Shown: piece by piece, positions 32,702 through 42,828 of the stretch | How the letters are laid out: every line of letters begins with the position of its first letter | Position numbering within the stretch: position 1 is the first letter of the stretch | From: an uncultured Rhizobium sp. | Lineage (GTDB): Bacteria; Pseudomonadota; Alphaproteobacteria; Rickettsiales; UBA1997 | Assembly (NCBI GenBank): GCA_964580715.1 | Contig: CAZOKU010000004.1 | Location: forward strand, 1 to 55,362 | Length of the DNA stretch: 55,362 nucleotides | Reading direction: 5' to 3' | The notes under the pieces: model-generated | Database searches by the model: none | Seen by the model: the letters and a program-made list of their open reading frames with translations, nothing else | What the model was told of the DNA's origin: nothing | Program-made: the position numbers and the translations under genes

Positions 32702-33202
32702 CTATAAACTCCGCCCCCTTTGTCTTCCAGCGCTTCTTTCTTGGGCTTCAATCATGCTGACCCAGAAGCCTTTTTTGCTGTTTTTGTTCATTATGTTGGC
32801 TTCGTTGATTAAATAAGTGAGTTTTTGGCCTAAAATCATGGCGGTCCAGCGGCCTATTGGCCTTACAACGTCAACAATTTTCACTTCTTCAAGTTCTTGC
32901 TCGCGCTCTTCTGACGGGATGATCTCATAAGAACCGTCTGCAGCTTGGTTTTTTCTGCTTCTTGCCTCAGCATCAAGCAATGAATTGGCTTTAGGAAGCT
33001 GGCTTTTGATCTTCATCAACTCCTCTTCTTCCTTGATGAAGCGTTTTTTGCGATAGTTCGAGGTTTTGTCTTTTAATTTCTCATAATGTCTGCTGGTTTC
33101 AGATATAATAAAGCTCAAAATAAGGCGCAGCAGCAAGATCGAGCAGAAAATAACAATAAATATTATTGCCAATATTGGAACTGCCTGTTCTAGAAACTGC
33201 AT
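32702..33202 (-). CDS. Hypothetical N-terminally membrane-anchored protein
   Basis: One N-terminal TM helix and a charged coiled region. Its start overlaps the upstream stop (TAATG). Confidence 0.45.
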   Translation of the reverse strand: MQFLEQAVPILAIIFIVIFCSILLLRLILSFIISETSRHYEKLKDKTSNYRKKRFIKEEEELMKIKSQLPKANSLLDAEARSRKNQAADGSYEIIPSEEREQELEEVKIVDVVRPIGRWTAMILGQKLTYLINEANIMNKNSKKGFWVSMIEAQERSAGRQRGRSL

Positions 33203-33699
33203 TAATTACAAATTTTCTTCAATTTATTATAAGCCTCAACAAAACCAATCAGCGAGTAATAATCGCTAACTATTTTTCCTTCTTTTGAAACCCCCGTCAC
33301 AGTAAAGTCTTCAGCAGATTGCATTTCTTTAACAATGTTAATGTCATCAGTTTTGTCATTGGCCCAAGCCAGTGCTTTGTAGGGGAAGAGATAATATTTT
33401 TGTGGCCCGAAGGACAATTCAACATCAGATTTTTTATTATAATAAAAACCCGAAGAAACGCTGATTTCACTGGCGTCATTTTCAATTTTTGTGACAATCA
33501 CAAAAGGTTCGCCGCGCTTTTCAATGTTAGTTGCGCGCACAATTGGAGTTGACGCTATATAGCACACCACACGGTCGCCGCGCTCAGTTTTAAAAACACT
33601 CCAATCTTGAAACTTGCCTTGCAAATCTTGCGCAAAGGCCTGTCCAAGGCCTTGTTTTAGAAAAAGCAAAGAGGTTAACAAAAAAAATACCAATTTCAT
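33202..33699 (-). CDS. IalB-like (invasion-associated locus B family) periplasmic protein
   Basis: Signal peptide, then F.DW.V......VCYI...P, ...AW..., and a C-terminal ...LIGF..AY..L...C pattern typical of IalB. Confidence 0.55.
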   Translation of the reverse strand: MKLVFFLLTSLLFLKQGLGQAFAQDLQGKFQDWSVFKTERGDRVVCYIASTPIVRATNIEKRGEPFVIVTKIENDASEISVSSGFYYNKKSDVELSFGPQKYYLFPYKALAWANDKTDDINIVKEMQSAEDFTVTGVSKEGKIVSDYYSLIGFVEAYNKLKKICN

Positions 33700-33837
33700 A
33701 ACTTGACTTTTTAAGCGAAAAAAATATCTTTTCCGCCTATTTTGATGCCCTGATTTCGGGTTATTATTTATTTAAATTAGACAAATAAACATCACAAGAT
33801 TCAAACAATTTTTTTAAAAATCCAATAAGTTTTTCAA

Positions 33838-34587
33838 ATGTCAACAGAAGCTCACGAAAAGCACAATCCTTTATCACAATTTGAAGTAAAAAAGCTCATT
33901 GATCTTCATTTTGGCTCAATCGACATCAGCCTTACAAACTCTGCACTTTACATGATTATCGCCACTTTTTTGGCAATTTTTTTCATGAGTTTTGCTACCA
34001 GAAAAAAATCTTTAGTTCCTTCTAAATTGCAGCTTGCCGCTGAATCAGTTTACAATTTCATCTTAGACCTCGTAAAATCAAGCATTGGAAACGAAGGAAA
34101 CAAATTTTTCCCGCTGGTTTTTTGCTTTTTTATCTTCATTTTACTATGTAACATTTTGGGAATGACACCCTACAGCTTCACTTCCACCAGCCAAATTGTG
34201 GTCACGCTTTATCTAGCCGCTGTCGCTTTTGCAACCGTTACACTTTTTGCAATTTTTAGAAATGGCATTGGCGGTTTCTTCCACATGTTTTTGCCAAGCG
34301 GCGTGCCGCTGTGGATGGCTCCAGTGATTTTTGCAATTGAGTTTTTTTCGTTTTTGATTCGCCCAGTGACACTTTCTGTGCGTCTTTTTGCAAACATGGT
34401 TGCAGGCCACGTTTTGCTTAAGGTGGTGGCTGGTTTCATCATTTCTCTTGGAGTTATTTTTGGTACATTGCCCTTCTTATTCAGCGTTGTGATGACAGGG
34501 TTTGAGCTTTTTGTGGCGGTGTTGCAGGCATATATTTTTGCGATTCTAGTTTGCGCTTATTTAGGCGAAGTGACTAGAGCCCACTAG
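33838..34587 (+). CDS. atpB: F0F1 ATP synthase subunit a
   Basis: RPVTLSVRLFANMVAGH motif and 5-6 TM helices. First gene of an atpB-E-F'-F cluster. Confidence 0.93.
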   Translation: MSTEAHEKHNPLSQFEVKKLIDLHFGSIDISLTNSALYMIIATFLAIFFMSFATRKKSLVPSKLQLAAESVYNFILDLVKSSIGNEGNKFFPLVFCFFIFILLCNILGMTPYSFTSTSQIVVTLYLAAVAFATVTLFAIFRNGIGGFFHMFLPSGVPLWMAPVIFAIEFFSFLIRPVTLSVRLFANMVAGHVLLKVVAGFIISLGVIFGTLPFLFSVVMTGFELFVAVLQAYIFAILVCAYLGEVTRAH

Positions 34588-34722
34588 AAATTGTTTTAAC
34601 GAATTTAACCTAGCTCTATTGGTTAAAACATTTCACCTTGGTGAAATGCCCGGAATTAATGGGTTAATAGACAAATGCAAAGCAATTTGCATCATTATTA
34701 AAAATTAAATTGGAGTTTTCTC

Positions 34723-34962
34723 ATGGAACATCAAGTTATGGAGTTGGTATCACTTAAATATATCGGTGTTGGTCTTTGCGCTATTGGTATGGCTGGCGCT
34801 GCAATTGCAATCGGAAATATTTTCGGTTCATTTTTCAACAGCATCGCACGCAATCCTTCTGCTGCACCAAAAATTGAAAAATACATCTATATCGCTGCAG
34901 GTCTTGCAGAAGCTATGGGTATCTTTGCGGTACTTATCGCTTTCCTAGTGATTTTCTCTTAA
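34723..34962 (+). CDS. atpE: F0F1 ATP synthase subunit c
   Basis: Two TM hairpin, ARNP loop and GLAEAMG carboxylate motif. GGAG lies 7 nt upstream of the ATG. Confidence 0.92.
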   Translation: MEHQVMELVSLKYIGVGLCAIGMAGAAIAIGNIFGSFFNSIARNPSAAPKIEKYIYIAAGLAEAMGIFAVLIAFLVIFS

Positions 34963-35031
34963 ATTTAACTAAGAATAACCCTTCACAGCTTTGAATAAAA
35001 TCAGGCTGTGAAGAGTTTTATTAAAAAAACT

Positions 35032-35466
35032 ATGCCTCAGTTTGACTTTTCTAACTATAGCTCACAAATCTTTTGGCTTTCGCTTTGTTTTGCGACACTT
35101 TATTTTTTCATGAGCAGAAAAATTCTGCCAAGAATACGCGACATCCTTAAAGAGCGCGAAAATTTGATCAACAGCAACTTAAACCTTGCGAAAGAATTGG
35201 ATAACAAAATTTCTGAAATTCAATTTCAAGCTGAAGAGTTAAGAAAAAATGCTAATCAAAAATATCAATCTAAACTAGACGAAACCTCTAAAGCAGCTGC
35301 TGTAAAGCGCGAACAAATGATTAATGACTTAAAATCAAAAATCGAACAAAACACCGAAAAGTCACGTAAAGAAATCAAAGATTTTATCGAAAAAAATCGC
35401 TCTAACAGTGAAAACGCGATTAAAGATCTTATTCAAATGATTAAAACAAAAATTTTTTCTAAATAA
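35032..35466 (+). CDS. atpF2: F0F1 ATP synthase subunit b'
   Basis: MPQFDFSNYSSQIFWLSLCF start, typical of alphaproteobacterial b'. One TM helix plus a long charged helix. The ORF track starts at GTG 35008. Confidence 0.85.
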   Translation: MPQFDFSNYSSQIFWLSLCFATLYFFMSRKILPRIRDILKERENLINSNLNLAKELDNKISEIQFQAEELRKNANQKYQSKLDETSKAAAVKREQMINDLKSKIEQNTEKSRKEIKDFIEKNRSNSENAIKDLIQMIKTKIFSK

Positions 35467-35468
35467 TC

Positions 35469-35945
35469 ATGATTAACGAAAAATTCTGGCTTGCCATTGC
35501 ATTTCTAGCTTTCGCAACACTTATCGCAAAATATGTCTGGCCTCTTATTATCAAAACTTTAGGTGATAAATCTAAACAAATCGCAGATGAAATTTCTTCC
35601 GCTAAAGATTTAAAATCAAAAGCAGAAAAACTGCTAAAAGATGCAGAAAACTATCTTGCTGAATCAAAAACTTATGCCACACAAATCGTTGCTGATGCTG
35701 AAAAAGAGGCGCAAATTTTTATGACCAAAGCGCAAGAATCAGCGCAAGATGAAGTGCAAAAAATGACTGCTTCAGCACTTGAAAGAATCAAGCGCGAAGA
35801 AGAAAGTACGATCAGAGAAGTGAAAAATAATATCGTCTCTAAAGCAATTGACAGTTTTGCAAAAGAAGTTGCAAATGACAAAGATGAAAAGCATCATGAT
35901 CATTTAATTGAAACGGCTTTAAAAGATTTTAATAAAAATTCTTAA
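35469..35945 (+). CDS. atpF: F0F1 ATP synthase subunit b
   Basis: One N-terminal TM helix plus a long charged helix. Follows b' in the alpha-type operon order. Confidence 0.85.
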   Translation: MINEKFWLAIAFLAFATLIAKYVWPLIIKTLGDKSKQIADEISSAKDLKSKAEKLLKDAENYLAESKTYATQIVADAEKEAQIFMTKAQESAQDEVQKMTASALERIKREEESTIREVKNNIVSKAIDSFAKEVANDKDEKHHDHLIETALKDFNKNS

Positions 35946-35953
35946 TTCAAGTA

Positions 35954-38335
35954 ATGAAACTTACTTTTAACTGGCTTAAAGAGCATCTAGAAACTTCAGC
36001 ATCTCTTGCAGAAATTTGCGAAAAGCTAACCTTTACTGGTTTGGAAGTTGAGTCAGTTGAAGATAAAGCAAAATCATTAAATTATTTTTCTGTTGCAAAA
36101 ATAATCGAAGCAAAACCTTGCGAAAATTCTAGCAAGCTAAAAGTCTGCCAAGTTCAAGTTGATAATTCTGATAAATTGTTGCAAATCATTTGTGGCGCAA
36201 GCAATGCCAGAAGCGGTTTGAAGGTGGCTTATGCGCCAATTGGATCAGTGATTCCAGCAAGTCAAATGGTGATTAAAAAAGCAAAAATTGCTGGAGTTGA
36301 AAGCAATGGCATGCTTTGTTCGGCCGCTGAATTGGGGCTTGGAATTGACGGTGAGGGAATTATTGAAATCGATGAAAAATGGCCAATTGGCAGCAAAATC
36401 ACCGAAGTTTTTGCTCAAAATGATGCGATCATTGAAATTAACGTTACTCCAAATCGTGGCGATTGTTTAGGAATTTATGGCGTGGCGCGCGACCTTGCTG
36501 CAAGTGGCATTGGAAAATTAAAAAATTTAGAATTTAGCAAAATTGATTCTGCTGTTGTTTCGCCAATTCAAATTAAAAATAATGCTGTTGAAGCCTGTGG
36601 ATATGCAGCTTTTCGCTATTTTAAAAATGTTAAAAATTGCGAATCTCCGAAATGGTTAAAAGAAAAGCTAAATGCTGTTGGCATCAATTCAATTTCAGCA
36701 ATTGTTGACATCACCAATTATGTGATGATGGTTTTAAACCGCCCGATGCATGCTTATGATGCTTCTAAAATTGATGGTTCGCTTAACATTCGCTTTGCTG
36801 AAACGGCTGAAAAATTTGTTTCTTTAAAAAATGAAGAATTTGTTTTGGATGAAAAAATTTTAGTGATTGCTGATGATAAAAAAGCGCTTGGAATTGCTGG
36901 AATTATTGGCTCTAACAATTCTGGTTGCAGTTTAGAAACCACTGAAATTTTGTTGGAATCAGCCTTATTTGATGCGGTAAAAATTGCTGATGCTGGAAGA
37001 AAATTAAACTTACAAACTGATGCGAGATATCGCTTTGAACGCGGAGTTGATGTTGAAACATGTGAAAGCGGAATTTTGCTTGCAACTAAATTGATTTTAG
37101 AAATTTGCGGCGGATCAGCAAATGATGTGATTTTAGTTGGAAATAAACCAGCTAAGCAAAAAATTGATTTTTCAATTACAAAAATTAAGAAACTCACGGG
37201 GCTTGAAGTTGCTGCTGATTTGGCAGTTGAAATTTTAACAAAACTTGGATTTGTTGTTGAAAAACAAAATAAAGACGAGCTTTCTTTAATTGTTCCAAGC
37301 CATCGCCACGACATTTCTTGCGCGGAAGATTTAGTTGAAGAAGTGGTAAGAATTTTAGGCTATGACAAAATTGCTGCAAGCAGCTTGCCAGCTGATCTTT
37401 TAAAAACAGAAGCAGAAAATATCAAACCAAATCTGCTGCATAAATTTAGATCTCACTTGGTTTTTCAAGGAATGATTGAAACCATCAACTGGTCTTTTTG
37501 TGATGTTGATTTAGCCAAAACTTTTGGTGAAGAAAATAAAAAACTAACTTTAAAAAACCCAATCAGCGTTGAGCTTGGACACATGCGCCCTAACCTTTTG
37601 ATTGGTTTGTTGCTGTCTTACAATAAAAACAAAACACGTGGTTTTTCTAATCTTTCACTGTTTGAAACTGGCAATGTGTTTTTAGAAAATAGGCAAGAAT
37701 TAATGGTTGCAGGCATCAGAATTGGCCAAAATAAACCGCAAAATCATTATCACGACGAAAGAGAGTTTGATGTTTTTGATGTTAAAAAAGATTTGCTCGA
37801 TTTATTAGAAATTTCAGGAATTAATCCAAAGTCTGTGCAGCTAGATGCTTCTAGCCCGCCGAAATATTATCACCCTCACCGCTTTGCTGCAGTGAAATTG
37901 GGGAAAAACATCATCGGCTATTTTGGCGAAATTCACCCAGCAATTGCGAAAAAATTTGAAATTAAAAATCGTATTAATGCTTTTGAAGTTTTTGCCAATA
38001 ATCTTCCAGCACAAATAAAATCAACTACGCGCAAAGCTTTTGAAGTTAGCGATTTGCAAATGGTTGAACGAGATTTCGCCTTTTTAATCAACAAAAACCA
38101 AGCAATCGGCGATTTAATCAAAACCATCAATAATTGTGACAAACAATTAATCAAAGAAGTTAATATTTTCGACATTTACACTGGCAAAAACATCGACGAA
38201 AGCAAGAAATCCGTGGCGCTGCGCGTTATAATCCAACCACTTGAAAAAACCCTTACATCCGAAGAAATTGAATTTTTAAGCAAAAAAATCATCGAAGCCG
38301 TTGAAAAAAATCATCAGGCGAGTTTGAGAAGTTAA
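35954..38335 (+). CDS. pheT: Phenylalanine--tRNA ligase beta subunit
   Basis: MKLTFNWLKEHL start, tRNA-binding domain, B3/4 and B5 regions (SHRHDI) and a C-terminal FDX-ACB-like domain (ERDFAF...FDIYTG...KKSVALR). Confidence 0.93.
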   Translation: MKLTFNWLKEHLETSASLAEICEKLTFTGLEVESVEDKAKSLNYFSVAKIIEAKPCENSSKLKVCQVQVDNSDKLLQIICGASNARSGLKVAYAPIGSVIPASQMVIKKAKIAGVESNGMLCSAAELGLGIDGEGIIEIDEKWPIGSKITEVFAQNDAIIEINVTPNRGDCLGIYGVARDLAASGIGKLKNLEFSKIDSAVVSPIQIKNNAVEACGYAAFRYFKNVKNCESPKWLKEKLNAVGINSISAIVDITNYVMMVLNRPMHAYDASKIDGSLNIRFAETAEKFVSLKNEEFVLDEKILVIADDKKALGIAGIIGSNNSGCSLETTEILLESALFDAVKIADAGRKLNLQTDARYRFERGVDVETCESGILLATKLILEICGGSANDVILVGNKPAKQKIDFSITKIKKLTGLEVAADLAVEILTKLGFVVEKQNKDELSLIVPSHRHDISCAEDLVEEVVRILGYDKIAASSLPADLLKTEAENIKPNLLHKFRSHLVFQGMIETINWSFCDVDLAKTFGEENKKLTLKNPISVELGHMRPNLLIGLLLSYNKNKTRGFSNLSLFETGNVFLENRQELMVAGIRIGQNKPQNHYHDEREFDVFDVKKDLLDLLEISGINPKSVQLDASSPPKYYHPHRFAAVKLGKNIIGYFGEIHPAIAKKFEIKNRINAFEVFANNLPAQIKSTTRKAFEVSDLQMVERDFAFLINKNQAIGDLIKTINNCDKQLIKEVNIFDIYTGKNIDESKKSVALRVIIQPLEKTLTSEEIEFLSKKIIEAVEKNHQASLRS

Positions 38336-38433
38336 TGTAATTAATAATAGTGATTGTAAGATATTTGCTTGGGGCTCCTCTGGCTAAATTAAGTAGCTTT
38401 GGAGTAATTTTTAACTAACAAATTTTAAAGATT

Positions 38434-39798
38434 ATGAGAGAACTAAATTCAGGTGGAGTAGATGTTAATGCTTTTGAGACTTCTGGTACGAATCAAGGAA
38501 TGACTGCTTTGATGATTGCTGCAGAATCTGGATATGGAGAAAATATTGACACTTTACTTGAACATGGAGCAGATCCTGATCTTTTTGCAACTTCTGGTAC
38601 GAATCAAGGAATGAATGCTTTAATGATTGCTTCCCGTTACCCCAGCGATAATCGCGTTAAGGCTTTAGCTAGAAAAGTAAAAAATATTAATGATGTTGCA
38701 ATTTCTGGTACAAATCAAGGAATGACTGCTTTGATGATTGCTGCAGAATCTGGATATGGAGAAAATATTGACACTTTACTTGAACATGGAGCAAGTCCTG
38801 ATATTTTTGCAACTCATGGTATGAATCAAGGAATGAATGCTTTAATGATTGCTTCCAGTTACCTCAACAATGATCGCGTTAAGGCTTTAGCTAGAAAAGT
38901 AGAAAATATTAATGATGTTGCAATTTCTGGTCCATATGAAGGAATGACCGCTTTGATGATTGCCGCACAATCTGAAAAAAAAGAAAATATTGACACTTTA
39001 GTTGAATATGGAGCAGATATTAATGCTGTTGCAACTTCTGGTCCATATGAAGGATTGACTGCTTTGATGATTGCTGCCAAATGGTTCAGAAATGATAGCG
39101 TTAAAGCTTTGGCTGGAAAAGTAAAAAATATTAATGCTGTTGCAACTTCTGGTCCACGTGAAGGATTTACTGCTTTGATGATTGCCGCACAATCTGGAAA
39201 AAAAGAAAATATTGACACTTTAGTTGCATATGGAGCAGATGCTAATGATGTTGTAACTTCTGGTCCATATGAAGGATTGACTGCTTTGATGGTTGCCGCA
39301 CAATCTGGAAAAAAAGAAAATATTGACACTTTAGTTGAATATGGAGCAGATATTAATGCTGTTGCAACTTCTGGTCCATATGAAGGATTGACTGCTTTGA
39401 TGATTGCTGCCGAATGGTTCAGAAATGATAGCGTTAAAGCTTTGGCTGAAAAAGTAAAAAATATTAATGCTGTTGCAACTTCTGGTCCATACGCAGGAAA
39501 AAAAGCTTTTGACCTATCTGTAAATAATTTAGAAATTGCTATAACATTAATTCAGTATGGGGCAGTTGTAACAGATGAAGATATTACAAAATTTACATCC
39601 GAGGAACACAAAAAGATAATTAGAGAAGAAAGGGAAGAACAAACTAGAAGAGATCAAAGATGGGGTGGGTTTAGAAAAGAATGGATTGAAATTGGAGTAA
39701 GATCTCAAAAAAATGCAAAAATTCCTGAAACATCACCAGAACCTGGAGAAGGAAGTCGCATTGATTCTCCTGATCAAGATCGCACTCCCCGATCATAA
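38434..39798 (+). CDS. Ankyrin-like repeat protein: nine and a half 37-residue repeats plus a charged C-terminal tail
   Basis: Units (T/I)SG(T/P)xxG(M/L)TALMIAA..G..ENIDTL(L/V)E(H/Y)GAD.. alternate with units ...(N/D)(D/R)(S/R)VKALA.KV.NIN.VA. Confidence 0.8.
   Translation: MRELNSGGVDVNAFETSGTNQGMTALMIAAESGYGENIDTLLEHGADPDLFATSGTNQGMNALMIASRYPSDNRVKALARKVKNINDVAISGTNQGMTALMIAAESGYGENIDTLLEHGASPDIFATHGMNQGMNALMIASSYLNNDRVKALARKVENINDVAISGPYEGMTALMIAAQSEKKENIDTLVEYGADINAVATSGPYEGLTALMIAAKWFRNDSVKALAGKVKNINAVATSGPREGFTALMIAAQSGKKENIDTLVAYGADANDVVTSGPYEGLTALMVAAQSGKKENIDTLVEYGADINAVATSGPYEGLTALMIAAEWFRNDSVKALAEKVKNINAVATSGPYAGKKAFDLSVNNLEIAITLIQYGAVVTDEDITKFTSEEHKKIIREEREEQTRRDQRWGGFRKEWIEIGVRSQKNAKIPETSPEPGEGSRIDSPDQDRTPRS
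38479..39477 (+). repeat. 111-bp coding tandem array, including a near-identical 333-bp duplication
   Basis: About 39025-39150 and about 39358-39490 are almost identical. The period is 37 codons throughout. Confidence 0.85.
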
Positions 39799-41180
39799 GT
39801 TTTAAGCGCCGAGACTTCTCTTAGCATGATTGATGTCTTAGAGCGAGTGTTATATTTTTCTAAACCTTCTGCAAGGTCAGCCATTTTTTTCCAATCATCG
39901 AAAGTAAAACTATAGCTTGAAATGACATGTGGAATGTCGGTTTGCAGGCGGTTTATTTTTTCTAAATTGATGTCACTGCTTTCTGTTAAATTTAACATTT
40001 TTTTCATGGCATGTAACGGCGTTCCCCTAAGCAACATCAAAGGGAAGGCATAAATTCTGTCCACTGCCATTTTTTTACAAAATTCAATGCTTTCTGTAAA
40101 AGATTCCACGGTTTGGCCGGGAAGACCAAAAATCAAGGAGGTTTCGACTTCAATATTACGCTTCTTAATTTCTTCAAGGGCTTTAATAACTTTTGGCATG
40201 TTGTTGGGGCGTTGAATAATTTTTTGTTCGGCTTTGTTTGTTGTTTGTATTCCTGCTTCAAGCACAACTCTTCCGGTTTTGTTAAGTTCAGAAACCAGAT
40301 CCAGAAATTCTGGTTTTATCATCTCAAGCCTGATTTGCAGAGCTAATTTTCCACTAAATTTTCCATCGATAAATCCTTGCATGACTTCGAGATATTTAGG
40401 GCCAGAATTGAAAGTTGGATCAAGCACTGCAACATCTTGAATCACGTTATTTTTAGAAATCCATGCGATTTCTTCTTGAATTCTGTCTTGATCAAAATTT
40501 CTTCTTTTTTGCGTTATATCAGATTCACGATGTTGACAAAAAGAACATCTAAAAGGACAACCCCGTTGTGTTTCAAAGCGCATGAACCCTTGCGGCGGAA
40601 TTATGCCAGTTAAATATGGCGAAGGTAATTTTTCTAAGTCAGCATTGGCAGACAAACCTTTGTCTTCTGTTCCTGCATAATGAACTCCTGTTATTTCTGG
40701 ACGATCTTGTTCTGACAACATAAGCTCGGCTAAAGCTTCTTCTGCATATCCGCGAATGAAAATGTCAGCTTGCGGATAATAAGCTTCTATTCCCTTTTTG
40801 ACATAGCTGATTTGCGGCCCACCCATAATGATTCTGCCTTTAAAACCATTGCTTTTTAAACCCGTTAAAATTTCTTGCGTGGCTTTTTCATTCCACACAA
40901 AAGCGCCAATAGCAAGATCAGTGTTGGCGGATGATTTTTCCATGATTTCTTCTGAAATTTTTTTAGCAGAAAAACCTTCGTGATTAACCGAATATGCCAT
41001 CGGCAAAACTGGAATTTTGTGACGAAAAAGATTGGCTAAGATTGAAGCCTGTGCTAGTGAAATTGGCGGATCTTTAGTCCTTGTCCAATCAAGACCTAAA
41101 TATATTAATTTTCTTACTTGGCCAGATAACGGAGCTCCAATAATAAAATTTTTTAAAAATGGTAACATAATTTCAACCAT
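39774..41180 (-). CDS. B12-binding-domain radical SAM protein
   Basis: CxxxCxxC cluster in QRGCPFRCSFCQH. N-terminal Rossmann-like B12-binding region. The start overlaps the ispH stop (TAATG). Confidence 0.75.
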   Translation of the reverse strand: MVEIMLPFLKNFIIGAPLSGQVRKLIYLGLDWTRTKDPPISLAQASILANLFRHKIPVLPMAYSVNHEGFSAKKISEEIMEKSSANTDLAIGAFVWNEKATQEILTGLKSNGFKGRIIMGGPQISYVKKGIEAYYPQADIFIRGYAEEALAELMLSEQDRPEITGVHYAGTEDKGLSANADLEKLPSPYLTGIIPPQGFMRFETQRGCPFRCSFCQHRESDITQKRRNFDQDRIQEEIAWISKNNVIQDVAVLDPTFNSGPKYLEVMQGFIDGKFSGKLALQIRLEMIKPEFLDLVSELNKTGRVVLEAGIQTTNKAEQKIIQRPNNMPKVIKALEEIKKRNIEVETSLIFGLPGQTVESFTESIEFCKKMAVDRIYAFPLMLLRGTPLHAMKKMLNLTESSDINLEKINRLQTDIPHVISSYSFTFDDWKKMADLAEGLEKYNTRSKTSIMLREVSALKTYDRGVRS

Positions 41181-42112
41181 TATTTACGAACCTTGCGCGG
41201 CAGAGCAAAAAACGTGTTTTCGATAATGCCATCCATATCACTGACCACAACATCATCAGCGGAAATTTCTTTGATGCGGCTTACAACTTCTTGAACTAAA
41301 ACTTCTGGTGCTGAAGCGCCTGCCGTTAAACCGATAGTTTTAACATTATTAAACCAGTTAGAATCAATATCCGCAGCGCCATTAATCAAAAAAGAAGGAA
41401 GACCAGATTCTTCGCCCAAATCGCGCAAACGATTTGAGTTTGAGCTGTTTTGTGCGCCAATCACTAGCAAAATGTCAACCTTTTTTGAAAGAAAGCGCAC
41501 TGCATCTTGGCGGTTTTGCGTGGCATAGCAAATGTCTTTGGTTGCAAGGCCACGCTGCATTTGCGGGAAACGTTCTTCTAAAATATCAACAATCTTTTTA
41601 GTGTCATCAACACTCAAAGTTGTTTGAGTTACATAAGCAATTTTTTCGGGATTTTTCACTGCAACATTTCTTGCATCTTCTTCGTTAGTAACCAAAATTA
41701 CTTCTTTTTTCACCCTGCCGCTGGTGCCCTCAACTTCTGGATGGCCGCGATGACCAATTAAAATAATTTCATAATCTTCTTCTTCATATTTTTTTGCTTC
41801 GCGATGAACTTTGCTCACCAAAGGACAAGTTGCATCAATCACGTCAAGGCCGCGATTTAGTGCATCTTCTTCAACTTTGTCAGAAACGCCATGCGCAGAA
41901 AAAATCGTGATTGCCCCAGCAGGAATCTGGCTTACTTCATCCACAAAAATTGCGCCTTTCTTTTTTAACGATTCAACCACAAATTTATTATGGACAATTT
42001 CATGACGCACATAAATCGGCGCACCAAATTTTGTAATCGCCCTTTCCACTGTTTCAATCGCACGAGTCACACCAGCGCAAAATCCGCGCGGCTTAGCTAA
42101 AATTATGTTCAT
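41180..42112 (-). CDS. ispH: 4-hydroxy-3-methylbut-2-enyl diphosphate reductase
   Basis: PRGFCAGVTRAI...VRHEIVHN...FSAHGV...ATCPLVSKVH...HPEV...SSNSNRL. Confidence 0.93.
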   Translation of the reverse strand: MNIILAKPRGFCAGVTRAIETVERAITKFGAPIYVRHEIVHNKFVVESLKKKGAIFVDEVSQIPAGAITIFSAHGVSDKVEEDALNRGLDVIDATCPLVSKVHREAKKYEEEDYEIILIGHRGHPEVEGTSGRVKKEVILVTNEEDARNVAVKNPEKIAYVTQTTLSVDDTKKIVDILEERFPQMQRGLATKDICYATQNRQDAVRFLSKKVDILLVIGAQNSSNSNRLRDLGEESGLPSFLINGAADIDSNWFNNVKTIGLTAGASAPEVLVQEVVSRIKEISADDVVVSDMDGIIENTFFALPRKVRK

Positions 42113-42114
42113 TT

Positions 42115-42810
42115 CTAACCTAAATTCAAAATTATATCATTTATTTTCTGCACCACTTGTTTAGGATTTTTATCCCTCGTAATTGGTCGCCCCACCACTA
42201 AATATGAGCTGCCGTTTAGAAGCGCAGTTTTAACATCAGCAACACGCTTTTGATCATCATTTAGAAGCTTGTCAATTCTGATTCCGGGGCTTACGATAAT
42301 AAAGTCATTTCCTAAAGAATCACGCAAATCTTTTGCCTCTAAAGCAGATGCCACAATGCCGTCTAAGCCACAATCAAGCGCCAGCCGAGCTTTTTTTTCA
42401 ACAATTTCTGCAAGTGAAATTTTTTGATCAAAACCAATTTTTGATAAATCTTCTTTTTCAAGATCAGTTAAAACCGTTACCGCAACAATTTTAGTTTTGC
42501 CCTTCACTTCAGCGGCTTTGCGCATCATTTTTTCACCTTCGGCGTGAATTGTTAAAATGTCGATTTCATATTGCGCAAGATTTTGCACAGTTTTTGCAAC
42601 AGTTTCAGAAATGTCGTGTAATTTTAGGTCAGCGAAAACTTTTTTGTTTTTACTTTTCAGCCAACGAATCATTTCAAAATAAGAGCCACTGGCAAGCAAT
42701 TCTAAACCAACTTTATAAAAAACTCCTTCATCGGCAATTTCTTCCACCATTTTTTTTGCCAAGTCAATTTCAGGAAAATCAAGGGCAATAATAAGACGAT
42801 TTTTAGACAT
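42115..42810 (-). CDS. pyrF: Orotidine 5'-phosphate decarboxylase
   Basis: LIIALDF...FYKVGLEL...FADLKLHDI...LTIHA...IVSPGIR...VVGRPIT. The ATG at 42810 is preferred over the TTG at 42819. Confidence 0.9.
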   Translation of the reverse strand: MSKNRLIIALDFPEIDLAKKMVEEIADEGVFYKVGLELLASGSYFEMIRWLKSKNKKVFADLKLHDISETVAKTVQNLAQYEIDILTIHAEGEKMMRKAAEVKGKTKIVAVTVLTDLEKEDLSKIGFDQKISLAEIVEKKARLALDCGLDGIVASALEAKDLRDSLGNDFIIVSPGIRIDKLLNDDQKRVADVKTALLNGSSYLVVGRPITRDKNPKQVVQKINDIILNLG

Positions 42811-42828
42811 AGTAATCAAAATTAAACT

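Noticed and set aside
34588-34722. Hairpins between atpB and atpE (CATTTCACC/GGTGAAATG and ATGCAAA/TTTGCAT) as a riboswitch or sRNA
   Set aside because: They are short simple stems with no conserved riboswitch core that I recognise. They are more likely mRNA processing or stability elements within the atp operon, and the support is too weak to annotate.
38479-39477. Regular 111-bp DNA repeats (and 69-bp repeats at 51197-51440) considered as possible CRISPR arrays
   Set aside because: The repeats are contiguous with no unique spacers. They lie in long open reading frames and encode ANK-like and LRR units. No cas genes are present.
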